Source of the DNA: Gammaproteobacteria bacterium
Lineage (GTDB): Bacteria > Pseudomonadota > Gammaproteobacteria > Arenicellales > Poriferihabitantaceae
Length of the DNA: 64,000 nt
Direction: 5' to 3'
Assembly (NCBI GenBank): GCA_022827325.1
Contig: JAJDTE010000067.1
Coordinates: 41,120 to 105,119 of the forward strand
The notes under the pieces are model-generated. The model was not told where the DNA came from. It saw only the letters and a list, made by a program, of their open reading frames with translations, and ran no database searches. Every line of letters begins with the position of its first letter. Positions within the stretch are counted from its first letter, which is position 1. Both the position numbers and the translations under genes were made by a program. Below, piece by piece: positions 51,511 to 59,906 of the stretch.

Positions 51511-52710
51511 TCAGACACCAGCAACCATGTTGCCGGGCCGCCTCCTTGCAATCCACGCGGCAATGACCAGGCTTGCCAGAGCCAGCACGAGAATAAGGCC
51601 AACCAGCACCTCCGCCCTCGGCTGGACTTCCATGACATGCCCGGTGATTGCGGTGACGGCCGCACCCACGACCACAACGACCGCACCGGACAGGCCTGAT
51701 GCGCTCGCCGACAGTTCCTTGCGCATGAACATGACCAGGGAGCTTGCGCCCGGCATCGTCAGGCCGTTTCCAAATCCCACGAAGACAATGCCGCCAAACA
51801 GGCTCCATGGCGTCACCCATCCCGCCAACAGCACCGCCAGACATCCAACAAGTCCCAGGTTCGCCATGATGCGGCCGAACACAATCATCGTATCCAGATC
51901 ACGGGAAGCGGAATACCTGCCGGACAGGAAGCTGCCGAACAGGAAGCCAACGGTGATCGTCGCCATTCCAAGACCGATCTGGGACTCCGGCAACCCCAGC
52001 TGCTCGCCAGCGACATACGGTATGCCGGTGATAAAGGCAAAGAACCCGCCAACCGAGAAAGCCATGATGAGCGTATATGCCCAGAAATGCAGGTTGGCCA
52101 GCAGTTCCCGGTAGGATCGCACAAAGGACGAACCGTTTCCGGCGTCTCCACCCGCGGTTTCCGGGAGTTGTACCAGAACCAAAACCCACAGACCGACCCC
52201 GGCAGCGGTGAACACCCAGAAATTGGCCCGCCATCCTGCTATTTCACCCAGAAACCCGCCAATGGACGGGCCGATGATCGGGGCAAGACTCATCGCCATG
52301 GCCATGTAGCCGAGTATGCTCGCTGTCTGCTTCAGTCCGGCGATATCGCTCACGACGGCCCGGGACAGGGCTGTGCCCGTGACCACCGCGCCCTGCAGTA
52401 CACGGAAAAAGAGAAACGATTCGAAACTGCCGGCAAATGCACAGCCGACCGATGCGGCGACAAACAGCGCCAAGCTCGCAAGAAGGACCGGCCGGCGGCC
52501 ATATCTGTCTGCAATCGGCCCCGCGAAGATCTGAATCACCGCCGTAAAGGCCAGATAGCCCGACACCGCCAGGGACATCGTGTCATACCCCACCCGGAAC
52601 TCACCGGCCATTACACCCAACGACGGCAGAAACATGTTGAGCGACAGCAGGGGAACCGATGTCAGCAGTATCAGCGTCAGAATCGGCTTTGAGTCGGATG
52701 CCTGTGCCAT
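51511..52710 (-). CDS. MFS transporter, Bcr/CflA subfamily
   Basis: ORF 51511-52740; the likely start is ATG 52710. A 12-TM protein with the motif GPIADRYGRRPVLL. Confidence 0.85.
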   Translation of the reverse strand: MAQASDSKPILTLILLTSVPLLSLNMFLPSLGVMAGEFRVGYDTMSLAVSGYLAFTAVIQIFAGPIADRYGRRPVLLASLALFVAASVGCAFAGSFESFLFFRVLQGAVVTGTALSRAVVSDIAGLKQTASILGYMAMAMSLAPIIGPSIGGFLGEIAGWRANFWVFTAAGVGLWVLVLVQLPETAGGDAGNGSSFVRSYRELLANLHFWAYTLIMAFSVGGFFAFITGIPYVAGEQLGLPESQIGLGMATITVGFLFGSFLSGRYSASRDLDTMIVFGRIMANLGLVGCLAVLLAGWVTPWSLFGGIVFVGFGNGLTMPGASSLVMFMRKELSASASGLSGAVVVVVGAAVTAITGHVMEVQPRAEVLVGLILVLALASLVIAAWIARRRPGNMVAGV

Positions 52711-52884
52711 GAAATTTCCCTGAAATTCGAAGCGACTCAACCGAGTCGGAGATCGTCGTGGGCGGTTTCAACCCGGCAGTTATCCATCAGCCCGTGCGCG
52801 CAGACCGATACCTGGGCGTTCCCGTGTTCTGCCCGGCGGCATCCCCCGACATGGGAACTCCCGTCCTTCGAGGCGCCGGCCTGG

Positions 52885-53298
52885 TCAGCCAATGTGCATG
52901 CCCATGCTCAGACGCTCTTCGGGCATGAAACCGATCGACTCGTAAAATTTCCGAACATCCGCATTGGTCGGCCGAATCTGGAGGTTGACCTTCGTGCAAC
53001 CCTTGGTACGCAAAGCGCGGACGGCATGATCCACGAGAGCCCTGGCGATTCCCCGCCGGCGGTACTCCGGCGCGACCGCCACCTTGTACAGCCATCCGCG
53101 GTGGCCGTCGTATCCCGCCATCGCAGTGCCGATAATCAGCCCGCTATCCTGCACGACAATCAGCATCCCGTCGCCCATGGCGAGTTTGGCGTCGAACACC
53201 TTCTCGGGTGCGTTGTGGGGCGGGTCGTCCGGGAAAATCCGATTCCACAATGCAATAACATCCGGGCGGTCGGCAACAGTGGCCGGTCGAATCTGCAA
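52885..53298 (-). CDS. GNAT family N-acetyltransferase
   Basis: 137 aa with the acetyl-CoA binding motif VAVAPEYRRRGIARALV. Confidence 0.8.
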   Translation of the reverse strand: MQIRPATVADRPDVIALWNRIFPDDPPHNAPEKVFDAKLAMGDGMLIVVQDSGLIIGTAMAGYDGHRGWLYKVAVAPEYRRRGIARALVDHAVRALRTKGCTKVNLQIRPTNADVRKFYESIGFMPEERLSMGMHIG

Positions 53299-53538
53299 TT
53301 GCCTGTACCTCGGCTATGGGGAAATTTTTACAGGGGATTACCCGGCCACAATTTTACGGATACGTAAACCCGAAGGCGTGGACATTACCCCGCCATGCAA
53401 GGAAATGAAAGCGGGCGGAGATTGCCACGTCTGCCCCTCGTTTAGTGAGTCAGGGATTTGTACAGGCTGCTGTTGACGGTCGACGGCTGCGGCGTCCGGA
53501 CGATGATCAGAAGTTCGTCACGACGGGGGGCATAATTC

Positions 53539-54315
53539 CTATATCGGCCTCCCGGCATCAGTCGGGATCGTCTTCCCTGCTAGAGATCTTGAACAGCGGT
53601 ACTGGGGTTTCCCGATATCGGGAGCATCCACAAAGAACGACGGACTGAACCCGAGCATGTCCACCAGGAACGTCCGCCCTGGTCCGGTGATGGCAACCGA
53701 CCGGTCATTCCGTGACCGGACGATGAACCCCCGCTCGAGCATTTTTCCGGCGATCGACGCGCCAAGGGCGCCCGCGACATGCGGGAGCCTCTCGGTCCAA
53801 TCCAGGCAGCGGGGACAAAGCTGGCGCCTTTTTGCCCGGACCCCGGCAAGGTCAACGCCGATCTCCCGGAATACCCGGTGTTCCTGCTCCGGCAGGCGGT
53901 AGCTGTCCCGGTCAAGGACCAATGCGCCCATTTCCATCAGGCTCTTCGAGATGCCCACCCCGAGTTCCCCTGCCAGATGGTCGTAACAGAACCGTGCTTT
54001 TTTCAGGTCATGCCTGACGGCGCGTCGGGGACCGCGGCCATTTCTCTCCGGCACATCGCAGGCGAGTCGCTCGATGAAGGCCGCAACTGACTCGCCGTTG
54101 ATTTCAAAGTAATGGAATCGCCCGCATTTCCGCCGGAACAGGAGGCCCGCCTGCACCAGTTCGCCCAGGTGGCTGCTCGCGGTCTGGTTGGTGATGCCGG
54201 CATGCCAGGCCAGCTCGGTTGCCGACAGTGCCCTTCCTCCCATGAGCGCATGCAGCATCGCCACCCGGCTCTCATGACCGATTGCCCTGCCAAATTCCGC
54301 CAAGCCCATTTTCAT
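53539..54315 (-). CDS. ArsR-type winged-helix transcriptional regulator with C-terminal extension
   Basis: ORF 53539-54372; the likely start is ATG 54315. The N-terminal wHTH is HESRVAMLHALMGGRALSATELAWHAGITNQTASSHLGELVQAGLL. Confidence 0.65.
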   Translation of the reverse strand: MKMGLAEFGRAIGHESRVAMLHALMGGRALSATELAWHAGITNQTASSHLGELVQAGLLFRRKCGRFHYFEINGESVAAFIERLACDVPERNGRGPRRAVRHDLKKARFCYDHLAGELGVGISKSLMEMGALVLDRDSYRLPEQEHRVFREIGVDLAGVRAKRRQLCPRCLDWTERLPHVAGALGASIAGKMLERGFIVRSRNDRSVAITGPGRTFLVDMLGFSPSFFVDAPDIGKPQYRCSRSLAGKTIPTDAGRPI

Positions 54316-54446
54316 TCCTCCTGTTCTGATATGAACAATACCGACAGAGCCGCATGGCATGGGAGCCTGCACACTTTCCCGTGATTCCGGGAAGGATTCT
54401 GCCGGTTTTCTTCAGCATCAGACTACCACATCCACCAATACCCGCC

Positions 54447-55325
54447 TCACGCCTCCTTCATGTCTCCGCCAGCAACTGTCCTGCCGGAGCTTGTGATGTA
54501 GACGACAGCAGCGAAGAGGATCATTGCCCCTCCCAGCAGTACAGGGAGGTTCACCCGCTCCCCGAACAGCACCCATGCCCAGACCGGCGCAAGCGGAATC
54601 TCGGTCAGGCCCACGAGGGCTGCGACCAGGGCGGACACCTTCTTCACACCGACCAGGTATACACCGAAACCCATACCCACGTTCACGGCGCCGTAAAGAA
54701 ACAGCCAGAGGTAATCGGCAGGGATGGTGTTGCCGAAAGTGGCGAACGGGGCGGTAACCACGGCCCCCATGAAGGCGGAGAGATACGTCGCCTTCGTACT
54801 GTCTGCATCCGGGAAGAACTTCGCCGCAACGGTCAGGGAGGCCATGAAAAGTGTCATCCCGAAAGCCAGCAGGATTCCGGCAAGATCGTTCGGCAGACTG
54901 TTCCCGGACACCATGACGGCCACTCCAGCGGCTGAAACCAGGCAGCAACCGAGCGACAGGTAATCGGCACGGATACCCAGGAATATCAGCGCCAGCACGA
55001 ATGTAACGAGCGGCATGGTGCCGTAGACGAAAGCCACGTTTGCGATGGTGGTGAAGAAAAACGCGGAAATGAAGCAGATCATTCCCGCTGTCGACAGGCC
55101 GGCAATCACCGTCTCCCCACGGGTGAACCTGAATACCGCCCAGATGTGGGCAGGTTTTTGCATGGCCATCGCGATTCCGAGCACGAAAAAACCGCCGAAC
55201 AATGACCGCCAGAACAGTGTCGTTGGAATATCCGTTGTAACGACGCGGGTAAAGAGACCGGCCGTGCTCCATGAAATCGCGGCCACAAGCACGAACAGCA
55301 CCCCCGCCACGTTCACTTTCGACAT
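54447..55325 (-). CDS. DMT-superfamily transporter (EamA family)
   Basis: ORF 54447-55448; the likely start is ATG 55325 (MSKVNVAGVLFVLVAAISWSTAG). The pattern is 10 TM helices as two EamA repeats. Confidence 0.8.
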   Translation of the reverse strand: MSKVNVAGVLFVLVAAISWSTAGLFTRVVTTDIPTTLFWRSLFGGFFVLGIAMAMQKPAHIWAVFRFTRGETVIAGLSTAGMICFISAFFFTTIANVAFVYGTMPLVTFVLALIFLGIRADYLSLGCCLVSAAGVAVMVSGNSLPNDLAGILLAFGMTLFMASLTVAAKFFPDADSTKATYLSAFMGAVVTAPFATFGNTIPADYLWLFLYGAVNVGMGFGVYLVGVKKVSALVAALVGLTEIPLAPVWAWVLFGERVNLPVLLGGAMILFAAVVYITSSGRTVAGGDMKEA

Positions 55326-55539
55326 TTTCTCTTTTGTCCAATGACGAGGGGCCGCAGTTCGCGGGCGGGTGCAATTTGCGGGCGGGCCATACCCCGAAAT
55401 ATATTTCCCGTGGTTACCCGATCCAATCACAATTGCTTCGACAGTCATCGAACTGCCTTACCGATATCTTTGACAATCCTCCGCCATCGTAGAATAAGCC
55501 GCCATCAGGAATTTTTTTCTGCATCACCAAGGGGTCGAA

Positions 55540-56229
55540 ATGTTCCAGACAGACGCAATTCGGAATTTGTCCACGGAGTGGTCGGAATTGACGGACTTGG
55601 TCGTGCAGGAATGCGATAGATCCAACAGAACCGCCAAGTTGCGGGATTTCCTCCATGTGATCCAGGACATCCCATATGGACGAGCCAGTTCAACGGATCC
55701 CGAATCTGTATTAAGAGATTGGCGCGGAACTTGCTCGGGTAAGCACCTGTTGGGGTACAAGCTGTTAAGTGCCTGTGATTATGCCCCAAGGCTCTACCTG
55801 GGCAGGTTCCAGCTCAAGCCGGAAGTCGTGCCAATTGAGTTTCCCGAGTTTGATGAAACACAGGATGCAGTCTGGGACGTACATAATTTCCTCAAAGCCG
55901 GTCCCGACTCGAACATCGTGGATCTTACCTGGCCCTCTTTTCTGATTGATCATGGATTCAAGACAACTCAGGACTGGAAAGAGTGGTCTGATTTTGAACT
56001 TGCAGCCCCTGTTACAGGAGTCGAGGAAATCGATCCAAGCCCCAAGGGACTTGAATACAAATCGACCATACTAAAAAAACTGAATGGCAAGAATCAGGCT
56101 GTACGTGAAAGGTACATCGCCGCCTTGACCCAACGAATTGCCGAACTATATGGAGATGAGAGCCATGATCGGGAACGAGTCATTTCTCATGCAGTATGCA
56201 GGGGCAACACTGCTTCAACGTACCTCTGA
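55540..56229 (+). CDS. Hypothetical protein with a possible transglutaminase/papain-like Cys-His-Asp fold
   Basis: 229 aa, visibly lower in GC than its neighbours. The candidate triad is Cys65 (WRGTCSGKH), His115 (WDVHNF) and Asp128 (NIVDLTW), with spacing typical of transglutaminase-like peptidases. I recognise no named family. Confidence 0.5.
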   Translation: MFQTDAIRNLSTEWSELTDLVVQECDRSNRTAKLRDFLHVIQDIPYGRASSTDPESVLRDWRGTCSGKHLLGYKLLSACDYAPRLYLGRFQLKPEVVPIEFPEFDETQDAVWDVHNFLKAGPDSNIVDLTWPSFLIDHGFKTTQDWKEWSDFELAAPVTGVEEIDPSPKGLEYKSTILKKLNGKNQAVRERYIAALTQRIAELYGDESHDRERVISHAVCRGNTASTYL

Positions 56230-56407
56230 GCGTGTATAGCCATACAGTGGCGGTGCTTGAAGCCATGCGACAGAACAATTCCGAACACAGCCGGACCTGG
56301 TGACCCTGTAAACGGTTTTTTACACCGTCCAATGCCAGATCTGCATCTGGAGAAGGTTTTGATCTCAAGAACGACAACCCGGATTACTGGCCTATGGCAA
56401 AATGAAG

Positions 56408-56436
56408 CGGGGACCGTCACCGGGTCCCGGTTTTTC
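56408..56436 (+). terminator. Rho-independent terminator candidate
   Basis: GGGACC (56410-56415) pairs with GGTCCC (56423-56428) around a 7-nt loop. After GG at 56429-56430, TTTTT follows at 56431-56435. Confidence 0.5.
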
Positions 56437-56457
56437 CCAGATGCACGGCAGGTTTCC

Positions 56458-56901
56458 ATGACACTGACCATTCGCCCTCTCGTCGCCGCCGACCGGTCCG
56501 CCTGGTGCGGACTATGGAATGCCTATCTGGAATTCCATGACAACAGCCTGCCGGATGAGATCTCGCGGATCACGTTCGACCGGCTTCTGGATCCGGATCG
56601 TCCGCAACAATGCGGGCTGCTTGCATTGGAGGACGGACAGGCGGTGGGTCTGGCCCATTACATATTTCACCCGCACTGCCGGCATGTCATGGACGTCTGC
56701 TACCTGCAGGACCTTTTCACCGACCCCGCCTATCGCGGCCAGGGTGTCGGACGGGCCCTGGTCAAGGGGGTTTACGAAGCGGCCGACCGTGTGGGAGCGC
56801 CGTCGGTGTACTGGATCACCCGGGATTCCAACGAAAACGCCCGGGCACTCTTTGACCGGGTGGGGGAGCTCACGCCGTTCATCAAATATCGCCGCAGGTA
56901 G
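56458..56901 (+). CDS. GNAT family N-acetyltransferase
   Basis: ORF 56257-56901; the likely start is ATG 56458 (MTLTIRPLVAADRSAW). Acetyl-CoA motif LFTDPAYRGQGVGRALV. Confidence 0.8.
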   Translation: MTLTIRPLVAADRSAWCGLWNAYLEFHDNSLPDEISRITFDRLLDPDRPQQCGLLALEDGQAVGLAHYIFHPHCRHVMDVCYLQDLFTDPAYRGQGVGRALVKGVYEAADRVGAPSVYWITRDSNENARALFDRVGELTPFIKYRRR

Positions 56902-57043
56902 TTCCGGATTGCCCGGCGGCAAATATTCATCCCCCTTTGGACGCCTGCCCCTGACTGAATCCGCTGTTGCAACCGGCGGCCCGCCCCTTTTATCCCGGAA
57001 GAAACTGAATCAGAATCGGGTATGGAAACCTTGAGACCGTCCC

Positions 57044-58003
57044 ATGACTGACCGCGAGACTCCACCCGTGCAACCGGTCAGCGGCACCGTGGTACCGCGC
57101 TTCGCGGGACCATCCACATTCTGCCGTCTGCCGGAACTAAGGGATGTGCCCTACTGCGATGTCGCCATTCTCGGGGTGCCGTTCGACGCCGGCACCAGCT
57201 ACCGGCCAGGTGCCCGTTTCGGGCCCCAGGCCATCCGCCAGGCATCGCGCCACCTTCGCTTCAACTTCCATCCCGCCTACGCCACCGAGCCGTTCCGGGA
57301 CATCCAGGTGGCCGACGCCGGCGATGTCACCTGCAATCCCTATAACATCGAGGAGGCCATCGGCCAGATTGAAACGGCGGCTTCCGAATTGCTGACCAAT
57401 TCGGGCAGCATGATCAGCCTGGGGGGCGATCACACCATCGCCCTGCCACTCCTCAGGGCCATGCATCGCCGCCACGGCCAGGTGGCACTGGTGCATTTCG
57501 ATGCCCACCTGGATACCTGGGACACATACTTCGGGGCGCCGTACACCCACGGCACCCCGTTTCGACGGGCTTCGGAGGAGGGTCTGTTCAATGACCAGAC
57601 CTCCATGCACGTGGGGATCCGTGGCCCCCTCTACAGCCGCGAGGATCTCGAACGTGACGCCGACCTGGGGTTCAAGGTCATACACTGCGACGAACTCGAA
57701 GAACACGGGCCCGGCCACGTCGCCCGCCGAATCCGCGACCGCGTCGGTGACGCCCCCCTGTACCTGTCCATCGATATCGACGTGCTCGATCCGGCCCATG
57801 CACCGGGAACCGGCACCCCGGAAGTGGCGGGGCTCACCAGCCGGGAACTGGTCAACATCCTGCGTGGACTGCAGGGGCTGAAACTGGTGGGCGGGGACGT
57901 GGTGGAAGTGGCCCCGGCCTATGACCACGCCGAGATCACCTCCCTGGCCGCCGCCACCGTGGTATTCGAACTGGTCAACCTGGTGCTCTGTGGGCAGGAA
58001 TGA
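57044..58003 (+). CDS. Agmatinase-family ureohydrolase (agmatinase/guanidinobutyrase/guanidinopropionase-like)
   Basis: 319 aa with the arginase-fold Mn-binding motifs GGDHTIALP, HFDAHLDTWD, SIDIDVLDPAHAPGTGTPE and GGDVVEVAP. Confidence 0.88.
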   Translation: MTDRETPPVQPVSGTVVPRFAGPSTFCRLPELRDVPYCDVAILGVPFDAGTSYRPGARFGPQAIRQASRHLRFNFHPAYATEPFRDIQVADAGDVTCNPYNIEEAIGQIETAASELLTNSGSMISLGGDHTIALPLLRAMHRRHGQVALVHFDAHLDTWDTYFGAPYTHGTPFRRASEEGLFNDQTSMHVGIRGPLYSREDLERDADLGFKVIHCDELEEHGPGHVARRIRDRVGDAPLYLSIDIDVLDPAHAPGTGTPEVAGLTSRELVNILRGLQGLKLVGGDVVEVAPAYDHAEITSLAAATVVFELVNLVLCGQE

Positions 58004-58004
58004 A

Positions 58005-58502
58005 GTGCCGGTGATCCGGCCGGGGAACGAGGGCGACACCACGCTGGTCAACCGGATCTACAATCACTTCGTTCTCCACACGACGGCGACCTTCGACATC
58101 GAACCATGGAGCGATGAAAGAAGGCGGGCATGGATTCTGGGTTTCGCAGAGCCGTATTTTCTGATGGTGGCGGAAATCTCGGGCGAAATCGTGGGTTTCG
58201 CCCACAACGGGAAGTTCCGCCCCAAGGCCGCCTATGACTCGTCCACCGACGTCACGGTATACACCGCCCCGGATGGGGCACCCCCCGGGACGGGCACCGC
58301 GCTGTACCAGGCGCTTTTCACGCGCCTCAACACTACCGACCTGCACCGCGCCTACGCAATCATCGCCCTGCCCAACGCCGCCTCCATTGCGCTGCATGAG
58401 AAATTCGGGTTCAATCTTGCCGGCGTGCTCGGCGAGGTCGGTACCAAGTTCGGTCGGCGGGTTGACGTGGCCTGGTACGAGAAGCCCCTGCCCCACCGGT
58501 GA
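58005..58502 (+). CDS. GNAT family N-acetyltransferase (phosphinothricin acetyltransferase-like)
   Basis: ORF 57921-58502. The likely GTG start at 58005 comes right after the agmatinase stop. The sequence IRPGNEGDTTLVNRIYNHFVLHTTATFDIEPWS resembles PAT/YwnH-type GNATs. Confidence 0.75.
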   Translation: MPVIRPGNEGDTTLVNRIYNHFVLHTTATFDIEPWSDERRRAWILGFAEPYFLMVAEISGEIVGFAHNGKFRPKAAYDSSTDVTVYTAPDGAPPGTGTALYQALFTRLNTTDLHRAYAIIALPNAASIALHEKFGFNLAGVLGEVGTKFGRRVDVAWYEKPLPHR

Positions 58503-58512
58503 ATCCCGTTCC

Positions 58513-58541
58513 CTGACTGCCGGGCCCGCAGCGCGTATAAT
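58513..58541 (+). promoter_or_regulatory. Putative sigma70 promoter of rph
   Basis: CTGACT (58513-58518), a 17-nt spacer, then a perfect TATAAT (58536-58541), 34 nt upstream of the rph ATG. Confidence 0.45.
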
Positions 58542-58574
58542 CGGCGTCCCCGCCCAATCCGATAACGCTTCACC

Positions 58575-59294
58575 ATGTCCAGACCCAGCGATCGCAACCC
58601 GGACGAGTTGCGGCCGGTCAGCATCATTCGCCACTACACCCGTCACGCGGAAGGTTCTGTCCTGATCAGCCTTGGCGACACGCGGGTACTGTGCACCGCC
58701 AGCATCGACGAGCGCGTGCCGCCGTTCCTCCGCCACCGGAAGAAGGGGTGGGTCACCGCCGAATACGGCATGCTGCCCAGGTCCACGACCACGCGCACCG
58801 ACCGGGAGGCCGCAAGGGGCAGGCGGTCCGGGCGTTCCCTGGAAATCCAGAGACTCATCGGCCGCTCGCTGCGCGCGGCGGTGGACGCCAGCGTGCTCGG
58901 TGAACGGACGATCACCGTGGACTGCGATGTGATCCAGGCCGACGGCGGCACCCGCACCACCGCCATCACCGGGGCCTGGGTGGCGCTCCGGGACGCCGTG
59001 AACTGGCTGTTGTACCACGATCTCATCGCGGACGATCCAGTCCACCGCGCGGTTTGCGCGGTCTCGGTGGGCGTGTTCGAGGGACAGGTGGTGACCGACC
59101 TCGACTACGCGGAGGACAACCGGGCGGAAACCGACATGAACGTTGTCATGGATGACCGGGGCGGCCTGATCGAGGTACAGGGAACCGCGGAACGCACTCC
59201 ATTCGACCGGGACACCCTGAACCGGATGCTGGATCACGCCGGCAAAGCCTGCGAGACCCTGTTCGCGAGCCAGCGGGACGCCCTGAAGAACTGA
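58575..59294 (+). CDS. rph: Ribonuclease PH
   Basis: 239 aa. Motifs [49 protein letters not shown] and [19 protein letters not shown]. Confidence 0.95.
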   Translation: MSRPSDRNPDELRPVSIIRHYTRHAEGSVLISLGDTRVLCTASIDERVPPFLRHRKKGWVTAEYGMLPRSTTTRTDREAARGRRSGRSLEIQRLIGRSLRAAVDASVLGERTITVDCDVIQADGGTRTTAITGAWVALRDAVNWLLYHDLIADDPVHRAVCAVSVGVFEGQVVTDLDYAEDNRAETDMNVVMDDRGGLIEVQGTAERTPFDRDTLNRMLDHAGKACETLFASQRDALKN

Positions 59295-59306
59295 CCGGGT
59301 ACGACC

Positions 59307-59906
59307 ATGACGCGTTTCGTGCTCGCCACAGGCAATCCGGGCAAGCTCCGGGAGATGCGCCGCCTGTTGCCGGGATACGACGTCGCCCCGCAATCCGACT
59401 TCACCCGGGAACGCGTCGAGGAAACCGGTCTCACCTTCGTGGAGAACGCGATCCTGAAGGCGCGTCACGCCAGCGGCGCGAGCGGACTGCCCGCAGTGGC
59501 GGACGACTCCGGGCTGGAGGTGGACGCGCTTGATGGCGCGCCCGGAATCCTCTCGGCGCGCTATGCCGGGAAACACGCGGACGACCGGGAAAACGTGGCC
59601 AGGCTGCTCCGGGAACTGGAAGGCGTCTCCGGTCGAAGCGCCCGCTTCCGCTGCGTCATCGTGGCCCTGCGGCACCCCTCGGATCCGGCGCCCCTGATCT
59701 GCGATGGCGCCTGGGAAGGAGAGATCGCCCGGGCGCCGCGGGGGGACAACGGATTCGGTTACGATCCGGTGTTCCTGGTGCCGGAACTCGGCGTGACCGC
59801 GGCCGAGCTGTCCGCGGACGAGAAGAATGCCCGCAGCCATCGCGGTCAGGCACTGACGGCTCTGAAACGCGGACTTCGGTCCAAACCCATCCCCGGACAT
59901 CCGTGA
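59307..59906 (+). CDS. rdgB: dITP/XTP pyrophosphatase (non-canonical purine NTP pyrophosphatase)
   Basis: 199 aa. Motifs VLATGNPGKLREM, EETGLTFVENAILKA, ADDSGLEVDALDGAPG and GFGYDPVF. Confidence 0.92.
   Translation: MTRFVLATGNPGKLREMRRLLPGYDVAPQSDFTRERVEETGLTFVENAILKARHASGASGLPAVADDSGLEVDALDGAPGILSARYAGKHADDRENVARLLRELEGVSGRSARFRCVIVALRHPSDPAPLICDGAWEGEIARAPRGDNGFGYDPVFLVPELGVTAAELSADEKNARSHRGQALTALKRGLRSKPIPGHP

Noticed and set aside
55470-55495. TTGACA and TAGAAT hexamers upstream of the low-GC orphan gene, considered as a promoter.
   Set aside because: Both hexamers are good matches, but the spacer is only 14 nt, outside the usual 16-18 nt range. I therefore did not list it as a feature. 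It may still function with alternative -10 phasing.
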